Below are positions 1 through 18,287 of a stretch of 64,000 nt of DNA, piece after piece. The position numbers and the translations under genes are program-made. How positions within the stretch are numbered: position 1 is the first letter of the stretch; each line of letters starts with the position of its first letter. The DNA is from the human T2T-CHM13v2.0 reference genome, Homo sapiens, in the NCBI RefSeq assembly GCF_009914755.1, contig NC_060930.1; one strand, 5' to 3'. Below the pieces are notes generated by a model. The model was not told the origin of the DNA, did no database searches, and worked only from the letters and a program-made list of their open reading frames with translations.

Positions 1-1082
1 TCCCTTTCTTGCCCCCTTTTTTCCATCCTTTCTTCTTTTCCTCCTCCCTCCCCCGCCCCAACCCCCGTCTCACTCTGTAGTCCAGGCTGGAGTGCAGTGG
101 TGTGATTATAACTTGCGGCAGCCTCTACCTCCTGGGCTCAAGCAATCCTCCTGCCTTAGCCTCCAGAGCAGGGACTACTGGCATGTGCCACCACACCACA
201 CCTTCCTTCTTTTCTTCCTTCCCAACTCCAGCATCAGGCCTTAGGATGGGCAGGGTGCAGAAGACAGTGACAGCAGGGAGCTGTTTAGAAATTGGCCTCA
301 GGAGCCCAGAACACAGGTAATTTGGGCCTTAGCCAGGCACTGGCAATGGTGATGTCTGTGAGGCAGAGAGCTAATTAGGGGGCAGAAATCATAGACTATA
401 CTGAACAAGTGGATTTTGAGAGAGAAGGGCAGAGTTACAGTTCCAGATGGTTTGTATTTATTCTAACTCAGAGAACTGGGTACATGAAAGAGTACATAGG
501 GGGAGGAGGATCAGATTTAGGGGTCAGATAATCAGTTTGAGTCAAAAGGGGCTTAGAGTGCTGGTGAACATTTAGGTGAAGATGTCCAGAGGACAGGTAG
601 AAATTACGACAAAGGTAAGAGCTATCGATGCTAAATGAAGCTGGGGGAGAAACTCCTTGATCCAGCAACAAACATTTTAAAAGACAGCTGGAAAAGGAGC
701 ACATGGCAAAGAGGACAGAGAAGGAGAAGACAGAAGAAACAGAGAACCAGGTCAGCATCCGCTGCTGGTGCTGAGAGGAAGAGGAGAGTCAGAATTGAAA
801 AGGGCATTTCTCATTCCCAAGTCGTTAGTTACCAAGGGACGATAGATGGGAGGAGCAAAAACTGAGGCAGATCCAGGCCTGGAGACACATGGAGAGAGTT
901 GTCTTAGAATACTCTTTCAAGAAACTTATCTGGGATGAATGAGAAGACGAACTGGAGCTGGAGGTGGGACTGTGTCTTTTGAGATAGGAGCCTTGGCTGT
1001 GACCCATACAATGTGTAAGGAGAGGCATCACACCTCTTCCACCCCTACAAGTTGATACTCTCATATTTAAAATCTGAGTTAA

Positions 1083-1567
<485 letters not shown>

Positions 1568-2366
1568 TAAAATCTGAGTTAAATTTAAATAATTGTGTTG
1601 TTCTGGAGATTTTTTAAAAAATATCATCACTGGTCATAAGAATTTGAGGAATAGCTAAATAACAAAACAGAGGTTTCTCTCTCTGTCTCTCTTCCTTTTT
1701 CCATAACAAGAGAAGCTCATCTTCTTATCTGGTCTGGAATCACTTGGGTGACATTTCAAAATGCAAATTAAGAGCCAGGTGGGCAGGTCCCCAATGCGTT
1801 GGGATGGGCCGCAGCTGACTCGGCAGCCTCCCTTGAGCTCCCAGGACTTTGCCGAAGGGAGTGGCGTCCATTTGCATGAGGAGCTCAGGAAAACTGCTCC
1901 TCAGGTGCCGAGTTAGAGGCACCTAGTGAGCTTCACCAGAGTAGTTTTGACCAGGGATACAACAAAGCTCCTAAAACTGAAAAAGCACGAAAACAAAAAT
2001 GGTTGTGAACAGGGCTCAGCGATGACGAGGCTACATTCAGCCAGTGTGTGTCTGGTGCCATGGTAGACACACCCCTGGGATCCTGCCGCCCTGGCACAGG
2101 GGGTGCTCTGGGAGACAGAGGCTGGAATTGGACTGCATTGCAGCCAGGTGGCCTTGGAGACCCAGAAGGGTGCCTCCTTGGGCAAACTTAATGTTCCCCC
2201 TAAAGGGATCCCTTTGAAGATCCGCATGGCTTTCACACAAAGGGCGTGGGGTTTAGTTCCAAAACGTAGGCTTGGGTATTATAGAATAAAAGCAAAAGAG
2301 GGCACAAGATGTGCATTTTCATTATGTTTACTTAGTGAAGGGTGGGCAGACATTTTCATTATTTTT

Positions 2367-2729
<363 letters not shown>

Positions 2730-3111
2730 TAGAGAATCCCAACCCCTTACCACGAAAACAGATAATCTGTTCACTGAGCCCCAAGGACAAAGCAGCCAGG
2801 GTCGACTGAGGGGCTACTGCAGCCTTCCTCTCTGACTCCTCCCACCTAACCATTCCCTCAATACCTCAATACACACACTCCTTTCTTTCCCAAGTCTATT
2901 GCCTCTTCCAAAAGCAATGTAAGATCCGCCCCAGAACAGTGGGGAGTTCTTATCCTTTCCGTTACCTAAGCAACCTGAGGGCAAAGACCTTTAGATTACC
3001 GGCAGTGCTGTTCTTTGGGTAACTTGATCTTTGCTTATCAGCTTTAATAACTTTATTATACGAAATACCCAGCCTTGATGAAGTATCGATGACTCACTAA
3101 CTGTGGTGTAA

Positions 3112-3433
<322 letters not shown>

Positions 3434-3929
3434 TCATTCTACAAACTTTTATTCTGCACTCACTATAGGCTGGGAGCTACACTAGGGCCTGGGGACATGA
3501 AGACAGGCGACACGGTCCCTGGGCTCAAGATGCCAGACAGATGTGCAAACAAGTGAAATCTGATGTGATATGTGCTTTAGTGGTGCCAAGGATAAAAGGA
3601 TAAGTGTTAAGAAAAAGTAGCAACAATATGTCTGACTGGGAGAATCAAGAAAGGTGTCATAGAGTCCCTAACACTTGAGCTGAGAATGAGAAAGAGCATG
3701 AGCTGGCCAGGTGACACACAGAGCGTATTCCAACCTAGGAGACTGGGAAATGGGCCAAAATATATACGTTTGAGGAAACAAATAGCTTACTATATAATTA
3801 AATATGAGGCAGTTTAGACTGGGCCCTTATGGATAAGTCACACCCATAAATTTTATTTCATCTTACAGGCAGTGGAGAGCCTCTGGAGGATTCTGAGCTT
3901 CGTGGTCTCATCATCAGAGTTATGTATGG

Positions 3930-4391
3930 CAACCATCCCAACCTTTTTGGCACCAGGGAGGGGTTTTGTGGAAAACTATTTTTCCTTGGACAGCAGAGGA
4001 TGGTTTCGGGATGATTCAAGCACATGACACTTCTTGTGCACTTTATTTTCAGTGGGAGCCCTGAGCTTGTTTTCCTGCAACTATCTGGCCCCATGTGGGG
4101 GTGATGAAGACAACGGCAGATTATCAGGCATTAGATTCTCATAAGGAGCGCACATCCTAGATCCCTTATGTGTGCAGTTCACAGTAGGGTTTGTGCTCCT
4201 ATAAGAATCTAATGCTGCCTGATCTGATAGGAGGCAGAGCTCTGGTGGTAATGCAAGCAATGGGGAGCAGCTGCACATACAGATAAAGCTTCACTAGCTC
4301 ACCCACTGGTGGCTCACCTCTTGCTGTGTGTCCTGGTTCCTAACAGGCTACAGACCAGTCAGGTCTGTGGCCCGGGGGTTGGGAACTCCTG
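3930..4391 (+). mobile_element. MER1A-like hAT-Charlie DNA transposon
   Basis: CCCAACCTTTTTGGCACCAGGG start, GGGGTTGGGAACTCCTG end, 8-bp TSD ATGTATGG/GTGTATGG; family from recalled consensus. Confidence 0.8.
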
Positions 4392-4497
4392 GTGTATGGA
4401 AGAGACTACTCTGCAGCAATGTGGACAAATAGGATGAGGGTGAGCTGTCAGGGGAGACAGGCACACATGGCAGAGCTATTTAAAAAGGAGGATAGAT

Positions 4498-4848
<351 letters not shown>

Positions 4849-5499
4849 CTAGCATGACTCTCAGACTACTGACTTGGACCAGCAGGGGAATGGCTGTGAC
4901 AATAAATAAGATTGGGAAAACAAGAAGGTGAGCAAATTTAGAGGAGAAAATGAATTTCATTTTTGGCATGGTGTGGAAGGCTCGGGAGAGAGGTCTAGGC
5001 ACCAGATGTCAACGTGAGGTGAAATGGATATAGCTGAAGTCAAGGGTGTGGTGAGGTTTTGCAGGGAGAGCAGGGACCTCCAGCAAGGCCAGTGCATAAG
5101 GGAGAATAGAGAAAAAAAGAACCAGAAAAAGACAAGGAGAGGCCAGAGAGGTGTGGAAAGAACCAGGGAAGACAGTTATTCACAACAAACAAAAGAGGGC
5201 AGAGTTTTAGAGAAGGAACTGAGCAGTTTGGGGCTCCAGGTGGGGCAGGAGTGGGTGGCCACGGTTGAGGGGCAGTGGCCTTCAAATTGGTCTGGGTAGG
5301 TTCTAATGGGTCAGATTGGTCAGTCCTTTCCAGGACACTGAAGGCTGCAGAGGTGTGACTGGATGCTGGTGGAGGGATGCATGGCGGGGAAGCTGAGTCA
5401 GATCCTGAAATCCTCCAAGCATGCGCCTGAAATGACCAAGGGAAATGAAGGCGGAGGCTGCTGTCGCCTGGTGGCCTGGGAAGGGCCAAGAGCCAGGGA

Positions 5500-6230
5500 G
5501 CTGGAGGGAGGAGAGAACGTGCGACCTCAGCACGGAGCACTGTAGGGGAGGCGGGGCTGGAGGGAGATGGCGCCGCGCTCCCGGATGAACAGAGAAAGAG
5601 ACAGGGTGAGTCGCAGGGCACAGTGTGGGATGAGTCACCGACAGCAAGGCATGGACTCCGGGAAGAAGGGGAGACGAGCCGGGAAAGACTTGCATCGGGG
5701 ATGTGAGCTGAGCTGCACCCAGACAAAAGCGGCTCGGGGCTCCTGAAAGCAGCAGGCACCGCCGGTCCTGCCAAGGGGCTACTTCCTGCGCGGAGTAGGA
5801 GAGTAGGAGACCCCAGGCCAGTCCCAATCCCCGGCCCGTCCGGGATGAGGGGGGCTGCGGGAGCTGCGGGGGCCTCCTCCAGGGAGGACGGTTGCAGGGT
5901 CCCTCGGCCGCCGCCCACTCCCGGGGGCGTTCCTTCCTCCCAGCTGCGCCCGGAGCGCCTGCTGCCTGGCGAGAGCCCGCCCCTCTGCAACCAGCCCGCT
6001 GCAGCGGAGGGCGCCTGGGTGCCCTCGGCCGAGCCAGCAGCCCACGGTCGGCGCCGCACTGTCCCCTGGTGGCGGAGCGCTCCCGCGACCCGGCTCGCCA
6101 CGCCTGGGAGGGGTCCAGGAGGACGCGGCTGGGACCTGGGGGCTCTCAGGGTGGGGCCTTGGGGGATGAGGCTGGGGCCCGCGGGAAACCGGGCTGGGGC
6201 GAGGAGGCTCGCAGGACTTCCTGCCACAGA
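5500..6230. promoter_or_regulatory. CpG island
   Basis: Very GC- and CpG-rich stretch with GC boxes and a YY1-like AGATGGCGCC at 5565. Confidence 0.8.
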
Positions 6231-6499
6231 ATGTTTCGATGCTGTTTTTAATTCTGCAAATGTAAGCCTTTCCACTTTAAGTCCAAGCTCAGCGCAGAGG
6301 ACTGTTCTATAATACATACAATTTAGTTTAAAAATGTTGCAAATGTTAACATGTGTCACAAACTCAAGCAATCCAGTATTATAGAAAGCAAAGAATGAAA
6401 TGTGCTGCTTCTTTCTCCCCCAGACGCCCTTGCATACATTAAGATATGTATATATGGAAATGTTACCGGGAGTCCCGGTTATCCCAAAAAGGGTTGTTT

Positions 6500-7000
6500 C
6501 CTGTTGCGTGGTGAGGCCAATGCACGAAACCGAAAGGGAGTGTGTCAAGCAGTGCAGGCTGTATTCAATGGCTATGGAATTGGAAGATCTGAAATCAACT
6601 TAGCTTGTGAGAGCTGGGAAGTTTCAGAGGTAGGGTGTCTTTAATGAAGGGGCTGGGCATTAAGAGCACGGGGGGGGAATATTCGTGCTTTCCTTGGGAA
6701 AGAACGGAGATTTTTCCCGGAATCAAGAAACCCCTTTTTTTCTGTCCCTTCTTGGTCTCTTCCAGTCGTTGTCATGGCGACCGTCAGTTGTCACGGCGCT
6801 GGTGGGAGTGTTGTTTAGCATGAGAACAGGATGATGATAAAGCCAGAGGCTCTTCAGAGGCGCCATCTTGGATTTCGCCAGCTTCAGCTGGTTTCGTCCT
6901 AAGAAGGAACTTCGAAACACAGGCATTCTTTTTCCTGAAAATAAGCAGAGTTACAGCTGAGTAGGAATTTAGCTCTGTCCCATATGCTATCGCATTGGGC
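6500..7000. promoter_or_regulatory. Promoter-like motif cluster (CCAAT, RFX X-box, YY1)
   Basis: CCAAT at ~6517, GTTGTCATGGCGAC at 6768-6781, CGCCATCTT at 6861-6869, retained CpGs. Confidence 0.6.
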
Positions 7001-7580
7001 AGCAAAAGCAGGGTGGGGTCCAGCGAAATCAGCAGGCACTGCAATGAGTAACATACCCAGCCACGTTTATGCAGCATTTTTACGAAAATGAAACCATACT
7101 ACCTGTAAAGGAAGATATGCTAACAAACAACAAAACTGGCAGGAACCAAGATTCCTACTGACACTACCCTTAGTTTTAATTTTCCCTGACAACAAATGAG
7201 GTTAACAGAGCATAATTATCTACCGTGACCCCTTCAAAAAGACAGGCTGTATACATTTGCACTAAGAGAAGAAATCGTGTAATGTCAGCAAATTTCCCCC
7301 ACTTAAAACTTCTCTATTTAAAAAGCTTCACGCACACATGCACGCATATGTCTTCAAGATGACCACAATTTATTTTGCAGTCATTCTTTGCACCAGTTCC
7401 CAATTTTTCCCACTAGCTTGCAAGCTCCGTGACTCGAGGAGACCGGGGGATCAGAGTTTGTTTTTGCGGAGAAGTGAGTCCTTTATGCCCCAAATAGTGA
7501 CTGACATAGAGAAGGTACTCAGTAAACACTTTTTAAAGGAATGCCTGCCTGACTGAAGCTTAATGATGTGAGGCTTCTAG

Positions 7581-8132
7581 TGTGATACCCTACCTTGTTT
7601 TAACCTGAAGTGACTCTTCCTTAGCTAAGAGAGCCAGACGGACTCCATCGTGACTCCTTCACTCGCAGCCCCTTACCCACCCCCTTCCTCAAGGACTTAA
7701 CTTGTGCAAGCTGACTCCCAGCACATCAAGAATGCAATTAACTGATAAGATACTGTGGCAAGCTATATCCGCAGTTCCCAGGAATTCGCCCGGTTAATAG
7801 CACCCAGAGCCCCTGCGTTTGTGTCCGGTTGATAACGCCCAAAGCCCGGCGTCCATCACCTTAGGATAGACTTAAAGCCTCTGCACCTGGAACTGTTTAC
7901 TTTCCTGTAACCGTTTATCCTTTTAACTTTTTGCCTACTTTACTTCTGTAAGATTGTTTCAACTAGACTCCCCCTCTCCCCTGTCTAAACCAAAGTATAA
8001 AAGAAAATCTAGCTCCTTCTTCGGGGCCAAGAGAATTTTGAGCGCTAGCTGTCTCTCGGCTGCCGGCTAATAAAGGACTCCTGAATTCGTCTCAGAGTGT
8101 GGCGTTTCTCTGTAACTCGCTCGGTTACAACA
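7581..8132 (+). mobile_element. Solo ERV1 LTR (LTR6-like)
   Basis: TG...CA ends, 4-bp TSD CTAG (7577-7580, 8133-8136), TATAAAA at 7996, AATAAA at 8069. Confidence 0.8.
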
Positions 8133-8492
8133 CTAGGTTAATCTTTTTCCTTTAACTGTTTGTTTAAAATATATTATGTTTAAGACCTTCTAACTGGTCA
8201 GCCTCCAAGATAGTATTGTGGTGGGCTTGCTTTATTCTGGTTTGGTTTCCATGATCCCAGTTCATGTGTTACCTGCTTCTCTTTTGAATTCACAATGATA
8301 CACAACTTTTAATTTGTTAGAACACAAACATAAGGAATTTTTTTTTCCATTTTAATGTGAGATATGACAGAGGCAAATTGTTTCTTAAAGACATAAAATA
8401 ATTAAAATAATTACATAAATTGTAATAAAATAATTATTACAATGTTCTATCTTTGGCATTAAGGCATAGAACAATTTTTTAATCCTAAACTA

Positions 8493-8803
8493 GGCTGGGC
8501 ATGGTGGCTCACTCCTGTAATCCCAGCACTTTGGGAGGCTGAGGCTGGTGGATCACTTGAGGCCAGGAGTTGGAGACCAGCCTGGCCAACATGATGAAAC
8601 CCTGTCTCTACTAAAAATACAATAAAAAATTTAGCCGGGTGTGATGGCGCTCACCTGTAGTCCCAGCTACTCAGGAAGCTGAGGCACCAGAATCGCTTGA
8701 ACCCGGGACGCGGAGGTTGCAGTGAGCTGAGATATAGCGCCGCTGCTCTCCAGCCTGGGCAACAGAATGAGACCCTGTCTCAAAGTAAATTAAATAAATA
8801 AAA
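8493..8803 (+). mobile_element. AluS
   Basis: Full Alu, TSD AATCCTAAACT. Confidence 0.9.
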
Positions 8804-9271
8804 TCCTAAACTGTAGGACCAAGATTTGATTCAGAAAAGAGACTTTCTTGTACTAATTTATACACTGTTCATGTCAGATCCAATCTTTCTTTTTATTAGA
8901 TGAATCTGGAAAAGCAACTTAGAATAATTCAATCAGTCTAAAAGAATAACAGCTGATGAGATGCAGTCAATAAGCAGTTTTGTATTAGTATTTTTATAAG
9001 AAATTAGAAAAACATGATTTTGGGGGAGATCTTCTCATAGTTAACAGCATATATAACATATAAGTTAGAAATGTACTCTGCTAGCTCATAAGATATTTTA
9101 AAGCAGGGATTTTAGTGTCATTAAACTTTTATTTATAATAGTTTTTTTAATACAATTTTTTTTTTTACTTTGGAATAACTTTAGATTCACAGGAAAGTCA
9201 GATAATACAGGTAGTTACCATATTCCCCTAACACAGTTTCCCCTAATGGTAACATATCACCATGGTAGTGT

Positions 9272-9816
9272 TGTGAATTCTTATGTTGGGTTGCCTCCAC
9301 ATCCATTTTGAATATACATTGGACTTTCCCACACCAAAATCAAGGCTCAGTCACCCCGGACAAAGTTGCTGGTTCTCCACCTTCTCCCAGTTCTGTTATG
9401 TGGTGGATCCAGATATCTGCCTCATACAACTATCTCCTGTTGACCACTTCTCTATGGCACAGCTAGAACCTATTGGCCACACTGACCCTCACACCCCACC
9501 TAGAATGTGCAGATGCGCCACAGGGCCCACCACTCAGTCACTGTGCCACCTCCTGGAACTCATGCCTGCTTGCTGTAAACCCACCGAATAAAACTCCCCA
9601 TGGGAAACCTGTTTGGATAACACCCTGGACCCAATAAAGGTGTTGGCCCATGGGTTGCTGTCTTGGTCTCTCTGCCTGCACTCCCTGATTTCCATGAAGG
9701 TGGCCTCCAAGTATGCCATGTGCCCCAGGATCTGTAAGTAATAAACTATTTCTAGCCTGTGTCTCTCCTAATCGTTGTAGGGGTGCTCCGCATCTTGAAG
9801 ATCTTAAAGTAAAACA
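9272..9816 (+). mobile_element. Old solo LTR (ERVL, MER73/MER74-type)
   Basis: TGTGAATTCTT start, AATAAA motifs, AAACA end; family assignment tentative. Confidence 0.55.
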
Positions 9817-9986
9817 GATACATTTGTGGAAACTAAGGTCCCAACGTTGTACATTACTATTAACTCCAGGCTTCATTTGGGTTTCAGTTTTTTCATTAAT
9901 ATCAGCCTAAGTTTTTAAAAAATAGTCAGCCGAAAAGAAGGATTTAATTTTATGTGGTAATTTCTGCACAAACATAATATTCTTGA

Positions 9987-10367
<381 letters not shown>

Positions 10368-10781
10368 CCAAGATTTGTCTTTACTAAGTAATGCATGTGA
10401 AATATAATAACTGACAATGATAATACAGTGACCAGGTAACTCAAAAATTATAAGTCATTCAATTGAATAACATAGTGTTTTTGAAATGTAAAAAGATAAA
10501 TATAAATAATAAGTCATATTAAGACAAAATTTATTTAACTGATAAAAGTAAAATTTGTTATTCTCTCTAGCTGTATAGATAAGACAGGATCTCTATAGTG
10601 CATTATTTCAAGACTTACTTAGTAAGAAAACCAGTAGGTTTGATTTTTTTTTAAATGCCACTTTGGTTTTAAAGCACTCGCTTTGTCCACTAGTTTTCTA
10701 GATCTGAGTATTGGCTATTAATGACATATTTCTAAATTATACACATCAATAATGTGACAATAGCTTCAGGTCAGGAACTAC

Positions 10782-11373
10782 TGTGTGATTTAGATGTTTG
10801 TTCCTTCCAAACCTCATGTTGAAATTTGTTTCATCTTTTTTCTTGTTTTCATAGATAAGGGCCTCGCTCTGTTACCCAGGCTGGAGTGCTGTGGTGTGTT
10901 TGTGACTCACCGTAGCCTTGAACTCCTGGGCTCAAGCAATCCTCCCACCTAAGCCTCTGGAGTAGCTGGGACTACAGGTGAGCACCGCCAAGCCTGACCT
11001 CAAGTTGAAATGTGATCACCAATGTTGGAGTGGGGCTTAATGGGTGGTGTTTAGGTTGCAGGGCCAGATCCTTATGAATAGATGAATGCCCTCCCTCAGG
11101 GGTGAGTGAGTTCTTCCAGAGCTGGTGGTTAGAAACAATCCTTGACCTCCCTCCTTTCTCTCTTGCTTACTCTCTTGCCATGTAATCTCTGCACACTCCA
11201 GTTCTCCTTCACCTTCCTCCATGAGTAGAGGCAGCCTGAGGCCCTCACCAGATGCAGATGCCCAACCTTGAACTTTCCAACCATTCAGAGTCATTAGCCA
11301 AATAAACCTTTTATCTTTATAAATTACTCAGCCTCAGGTATTCCTTTATAGCAACACAAAACAGACTAAGACA
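10782..11373 (+). mobile_element. MST-type MaLR LTR interrupted by an Alu fragment
   Basis: AAACCTCATGTTGAAAT ... TCAGGTATTCCTTTATAGCAACACAAAACAGACTAAGACA; Alu piece at ~10845-10995. Confidence 0.8.
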
Positions 11374-11810
11374 GGAACCTACACTCCTTAGAAGAAGGCC
11401 ATATGATATAAGGGTGTTGAGTCTAAGATTTTAGTGTCTACACTTCGTCTTACATTTTCCATTCTTTCTATTTTCACAAGTCCTATGATACAGTTGAAAA
11501 TCTTTCCTACGCACTAGTAAAGCCATAGGAACTTAAAATTATTAAGTGTCAAGCACATATGAAAATCAGACAATGTGCAAAGAAAAACGGGCTATGTGTT
11601 GCATGAGAACGAGGAACTAATGTTCAGTTTAGGGATATGAACTGTTCAGAAACTTGGTCTGATCAAAGTTATGTCAGCCTTAATAGTAATCTGACTGATA
11701 AACAACTAATACTTGAAAGACGGTACTGATATGGACTATTTCACCTGGAGATTGTTTACTTGATAACTTTTTTTTCAAGTTCTGCAAGGTGATTTAACAT
11801 CCAAATATAT

Positions 11811-12127
11811 ATAGTCAATCCTGGGTATTCATGGAGGACTGGGACCAGGACCCCTCAAATATATCAAAATCCACAGATGCTCAAATCCCTGATATAAAAT
11901 GGCATAGTATTGACACATAACCTTTGCACAGCCTCCCATATACTGTAAATAATCTCTAGATTACATATAGTACCTAATACAATGTAAATGCTATATAAAT
12001 AGTTGTTACACTGTATTTTTATTTGTATTTTTTTATTGTTGTATTGCTTTTTCTTTCAAATATATTCCATTGGAGGTTGGTTGAATCAGCAGATATGGAA
12101 CACACAAATACAGGAGGACAACTATAT
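11811..12127 (+). mobile_element. MER2 (TcMar-Tigger)
   Basis: CCAGGACCCC...AAAATCCACAGATGCTCAAATCCCTGATATAAAATGG and TACCTAATACAATGTAAATGCTAT motifs. Confidence 0.75.
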
Positions 12128-12489
12128 CTAAATCTAGATTAATGTAAGCGGTGAGAAAATATTTTATCTCCGTCTAAGTAGGTCCTACCAGAGGGGAAAC
12201 TAGACCCACTCAAAGATTGCTTTGATCAATCCACACACAGTTCAGTGATGGACAGAGTGTCAGTATCTGTTATATGTGTCACTATCCCATGCTAGAGGTG
12301 TCAATAGATTATGTAACCTTTCTGAGGAATCACAATACAATAATTGATAATAATATTGATCACATAAACATAGACTTCCTTGACACAGGATTGCCACAGA
12401 CCTTCAATTTGTAAAAAAAAAAAAAAAATGCAACATCTGTGGAAGTACTATAAAGAGAAGCAGAATAAGGCAGATATGCCTGTATAAGA

Positions 12490-14720
<2,231 letters not shown>

Positions 14721-15835
14721 AACAAAAAATCCAAAACCTTTATGTTATTATGAAGAAGCAGTTTTCCAAAGGAATAGGGATGCTGGTAGCACAAGGGAAA
14801 GAAATCTCATTAAATAAAAACAAAAGCAATGTCCTCTTCAGGAGGTGGCTCAGCTAGTTTAGCTTTACCTTAGCACCATGATGGTTCATTTTATTCAGAA
14901 ATAGAAACATGGGGCGTTGGGGAGAAGAGGAGATGTGTACCTGCCTCACCTGCCTCCCTGCCCAGAATGCCGACTCCGACTCTTGCTTTCCACTAAGGCT
15001 GGGGATTAAATGAAAAGTGAGAATCTGGAAACCCCCAGAGATGATGTTTGTCGTTGGAGCTGATTTTATCTCATTTTAGTAGCATGACCTCCTCCTCAAA
15101 CTCAGGATGCAATTATGGTCAATCTCATTAGTGTGCAGTAATTGCTCAGCCCCAATACCAGATTAGCAGGAAGTTCTGTTATTTTCCTTTTGAGGATGGG
15201 CTCCTACTGAACTGTCCTGGAATCTACCACCATTCAGGTTACAAAAGACCCAGGGAACTAGGCCAGTCCAGCTCCCAACCCCAAGCAGGGAGCAACTTGC
15301 TCAGTCCACGTTGTGATAGCTCCTCGCTGCCACAAGGTGGTGATGTTGCATCACACACGCGCATGATGGGCGCGCAGGCGCCAATGCTCCCAGGACCTGC
15401 TGTTCCATTCCTAAATGAAAGTTGTTCCCAGGATCTGGACTCACAAGACAAGGCAGCCTATTCCCTGCTGGGGAGCTCAGGGGCAAGAGGGCATCTCGGA
15501 GGGAGGGCACATTCTCACCTCTGAAGACAAGGAGAACATCATCAGCACATAGACCAATCCCAGCAGTGCACCTTAGGATGGGGAGGGCCACTGTGAGTTA
15601 CAGCAAAATGAACGAATGAATGAACCAATAAATGTCTGAGAGGGAAAGTCCCAACGACCCTCAGGAGGTGCAATCAAGAGTTGCAGTTATTTTCGTTAGG
15701 AACGTTCTAAACACAGGGGAAACCTTCCTTCCTTCTGCTCTATTGTTGGAGTGGGGCCATCCCGGGACACCAGAAATCAAGGAATTGAGTTTGGAGAAGG
15801 GACTTGGGGAGGTCACAGTGGCAGGTGACTGCCAA

Positions 15836-15846
15836 ATGAGGTGGCA
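15836..15846 (+). promoter_or_regulatory. ARE-like element upstream of NQO2
   Basis: ATGAGGTGGCA fits RTGAnnnnGCA, preceded by a GTGAC half-site; about 1 kb upstream of the TSS. Confidence 0.45.
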
Positions 15847-16659
15847 GAAGCCAGCAAGCGCTGGAAAAAGTCGGCCCAAACTGTTCACCAGCACCGCCCC
15901 CCATAACTCCCCACCGGCTCTGGTTTCAAGACTTTCCGTTTTCTAGGTATTTCCTTGGCCTTAAACCATTTTCCTTTAAACGAACTTTTTCTGTGGAGCC
16001 ATCCGGTTTCCCCCGATAGTGGCATCTCACAAAGGACAGTCCAGTATCCCAACAGCGTGTTGCGTTCCGCGGGACGCAGATTTCCTTCACAGGCACCCCC
16101 CGGGTTGCGTTTTTATAGCCACACCCACCCGCCCCCCTATCTCCTGGGCACTGCTAATGAGTCCTGCATTTCTCTCCTTTGGTCTTTGGATAAATGAACC
16201 ATCCGTGCGTGACCTTTGCGAGGGCATCTTGCATAATACCAGTACACCAGCGGCGCCGTCGGTGAGTGACCTTTGGGACTGGTTTCTCTCACCAGCGTAA
16301 CTCCCCGGGAGATCCGAGCAAGCTGATGAGTGTATCAGTGGCTCATTCTTTCTGTTGCACCACGGACCCTCATTCTGTAACCGGGATACCAGCCAGGGAT
16401 GGGGAGCGGGAGGCGCAGGGCAGGGGCGTCCCTCCTCTCAGCACAGCCTCCCCGCGCTGGATTTCTATCAATCCAGTTTCCACCTGCCTGGAAGTCAGCA
16501 GGGTCCTCCCCAGTCCCAGATCGCCGGGCGAGGCCCCAGATGGACCTCAGGGGCGGGGAGTGGGCGGAGCTTAGGGGCCGAGGCGAGGTGTGGGTGGGGC
16601 GGGACGCCGCTGTGGAGGCGGGGCCTGGGCGCGGACGGGCGCGGAGCGAGGCACCGCAC

Positions 16660-16746
16660 CGCCGGGGCGGGGAGTGGGCGGGGCTCGGGGGCGGGGCGGG
16701 GTGTGGGCGGGGCTCACGGGCGGGGCGGGTGAGTGGGCGGGGCCTC
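16660..16746 (+). repeat. About three tandem 29-bp GC-box units
   Basis: GGGCGGGGCGGGGTGTGGGCGGGGCTCAC (16689-16717), GGGCGGGGCGGGTGAGTGGGCGGGGCCTC (16718-16746) and a related unit before them. Confidence 0.8.
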
Positions 16747-16799
16747 GGCGTGGTAGGCGCGCTGCGTAAAGAGGCCTGCGGTCCCGCGGCGCGGGGCAG

Positions 16800-16987
16800 G
16801 TTCCGGGCTGCTTAGGTTGGCACCGGTCCGTGGTCCCCGGGGGCGCAGTCGCAGCGCTCCCGCCCTCCAGGCGTCAGCGAGTGCGCGGTCCAGTGCGGCC
16901 GGAACCTGGCGCAACTCCTAGAGCGGTCCTTGGGGAGACGCGGGTCCCAGTCCTGCGGCTCCTACTGGGGAGTGCGCTGGTCGGAAG
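16800..16987 (+). other. NQO2: NQO2 exon 1 (5' UTR; start approximate)
   Basis: Ends GGAAG|GTGAGT (donor at 16988); joined to 23370 it gives the NQO2 5' UTR as I recall it. Confidence 0.85.
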
Positions 16988-17300
16988 GTGAGTGATCCCT
17001 TGTCAGGGACCGGGGGACTTGGGAAGGACAGTTCCCGGACTGGACGGCCAGAACGCTCTCAGGGATTTCAGCTGGCCGGCCATATGGCCCTGTGGGTCGT
17101 CGCGCCCGGGCCAGGGACCATTCTGTACATAGGATCGTGCTTGGCTCTCACGGAACGCGCCCACACGCAGGGTCCCGGTGTCGAATCGTCTGGTGGAATC
17201 TGCCCTCAACCCTATGGAGCGGGTGCTGGTATCATAGTCATATTACAAGTAGGAATCAGCGGGCCCAAGGTCAGTCTGTAAAGGGGGTACCGGGGTTTAG

Positions 17301-18287
<987 letters not shown>

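Larger units (their letters stand above)
4870..8095 (+). ncRNA. LINC01011: Probable spliced lncRNA upstream of NQO2 (position matches my recollection of LINC01011); ends approximate
   Basis: CpG island, donor GG|GTGAGT at 5606, long pyrimidine tract plus CAG acceptor at 6765, AATAAA at 8069 in an LTR; name from remembered gene order only. Confidence 0.35.

Noticed and set aside
5040-6548. 502-aa minus-strand ORF
   Set aside because: Low-complexity Pro/Ala/Gly/Ser product spanning a CpG island where stops are scarce; non-ATG start and no recognisable domain
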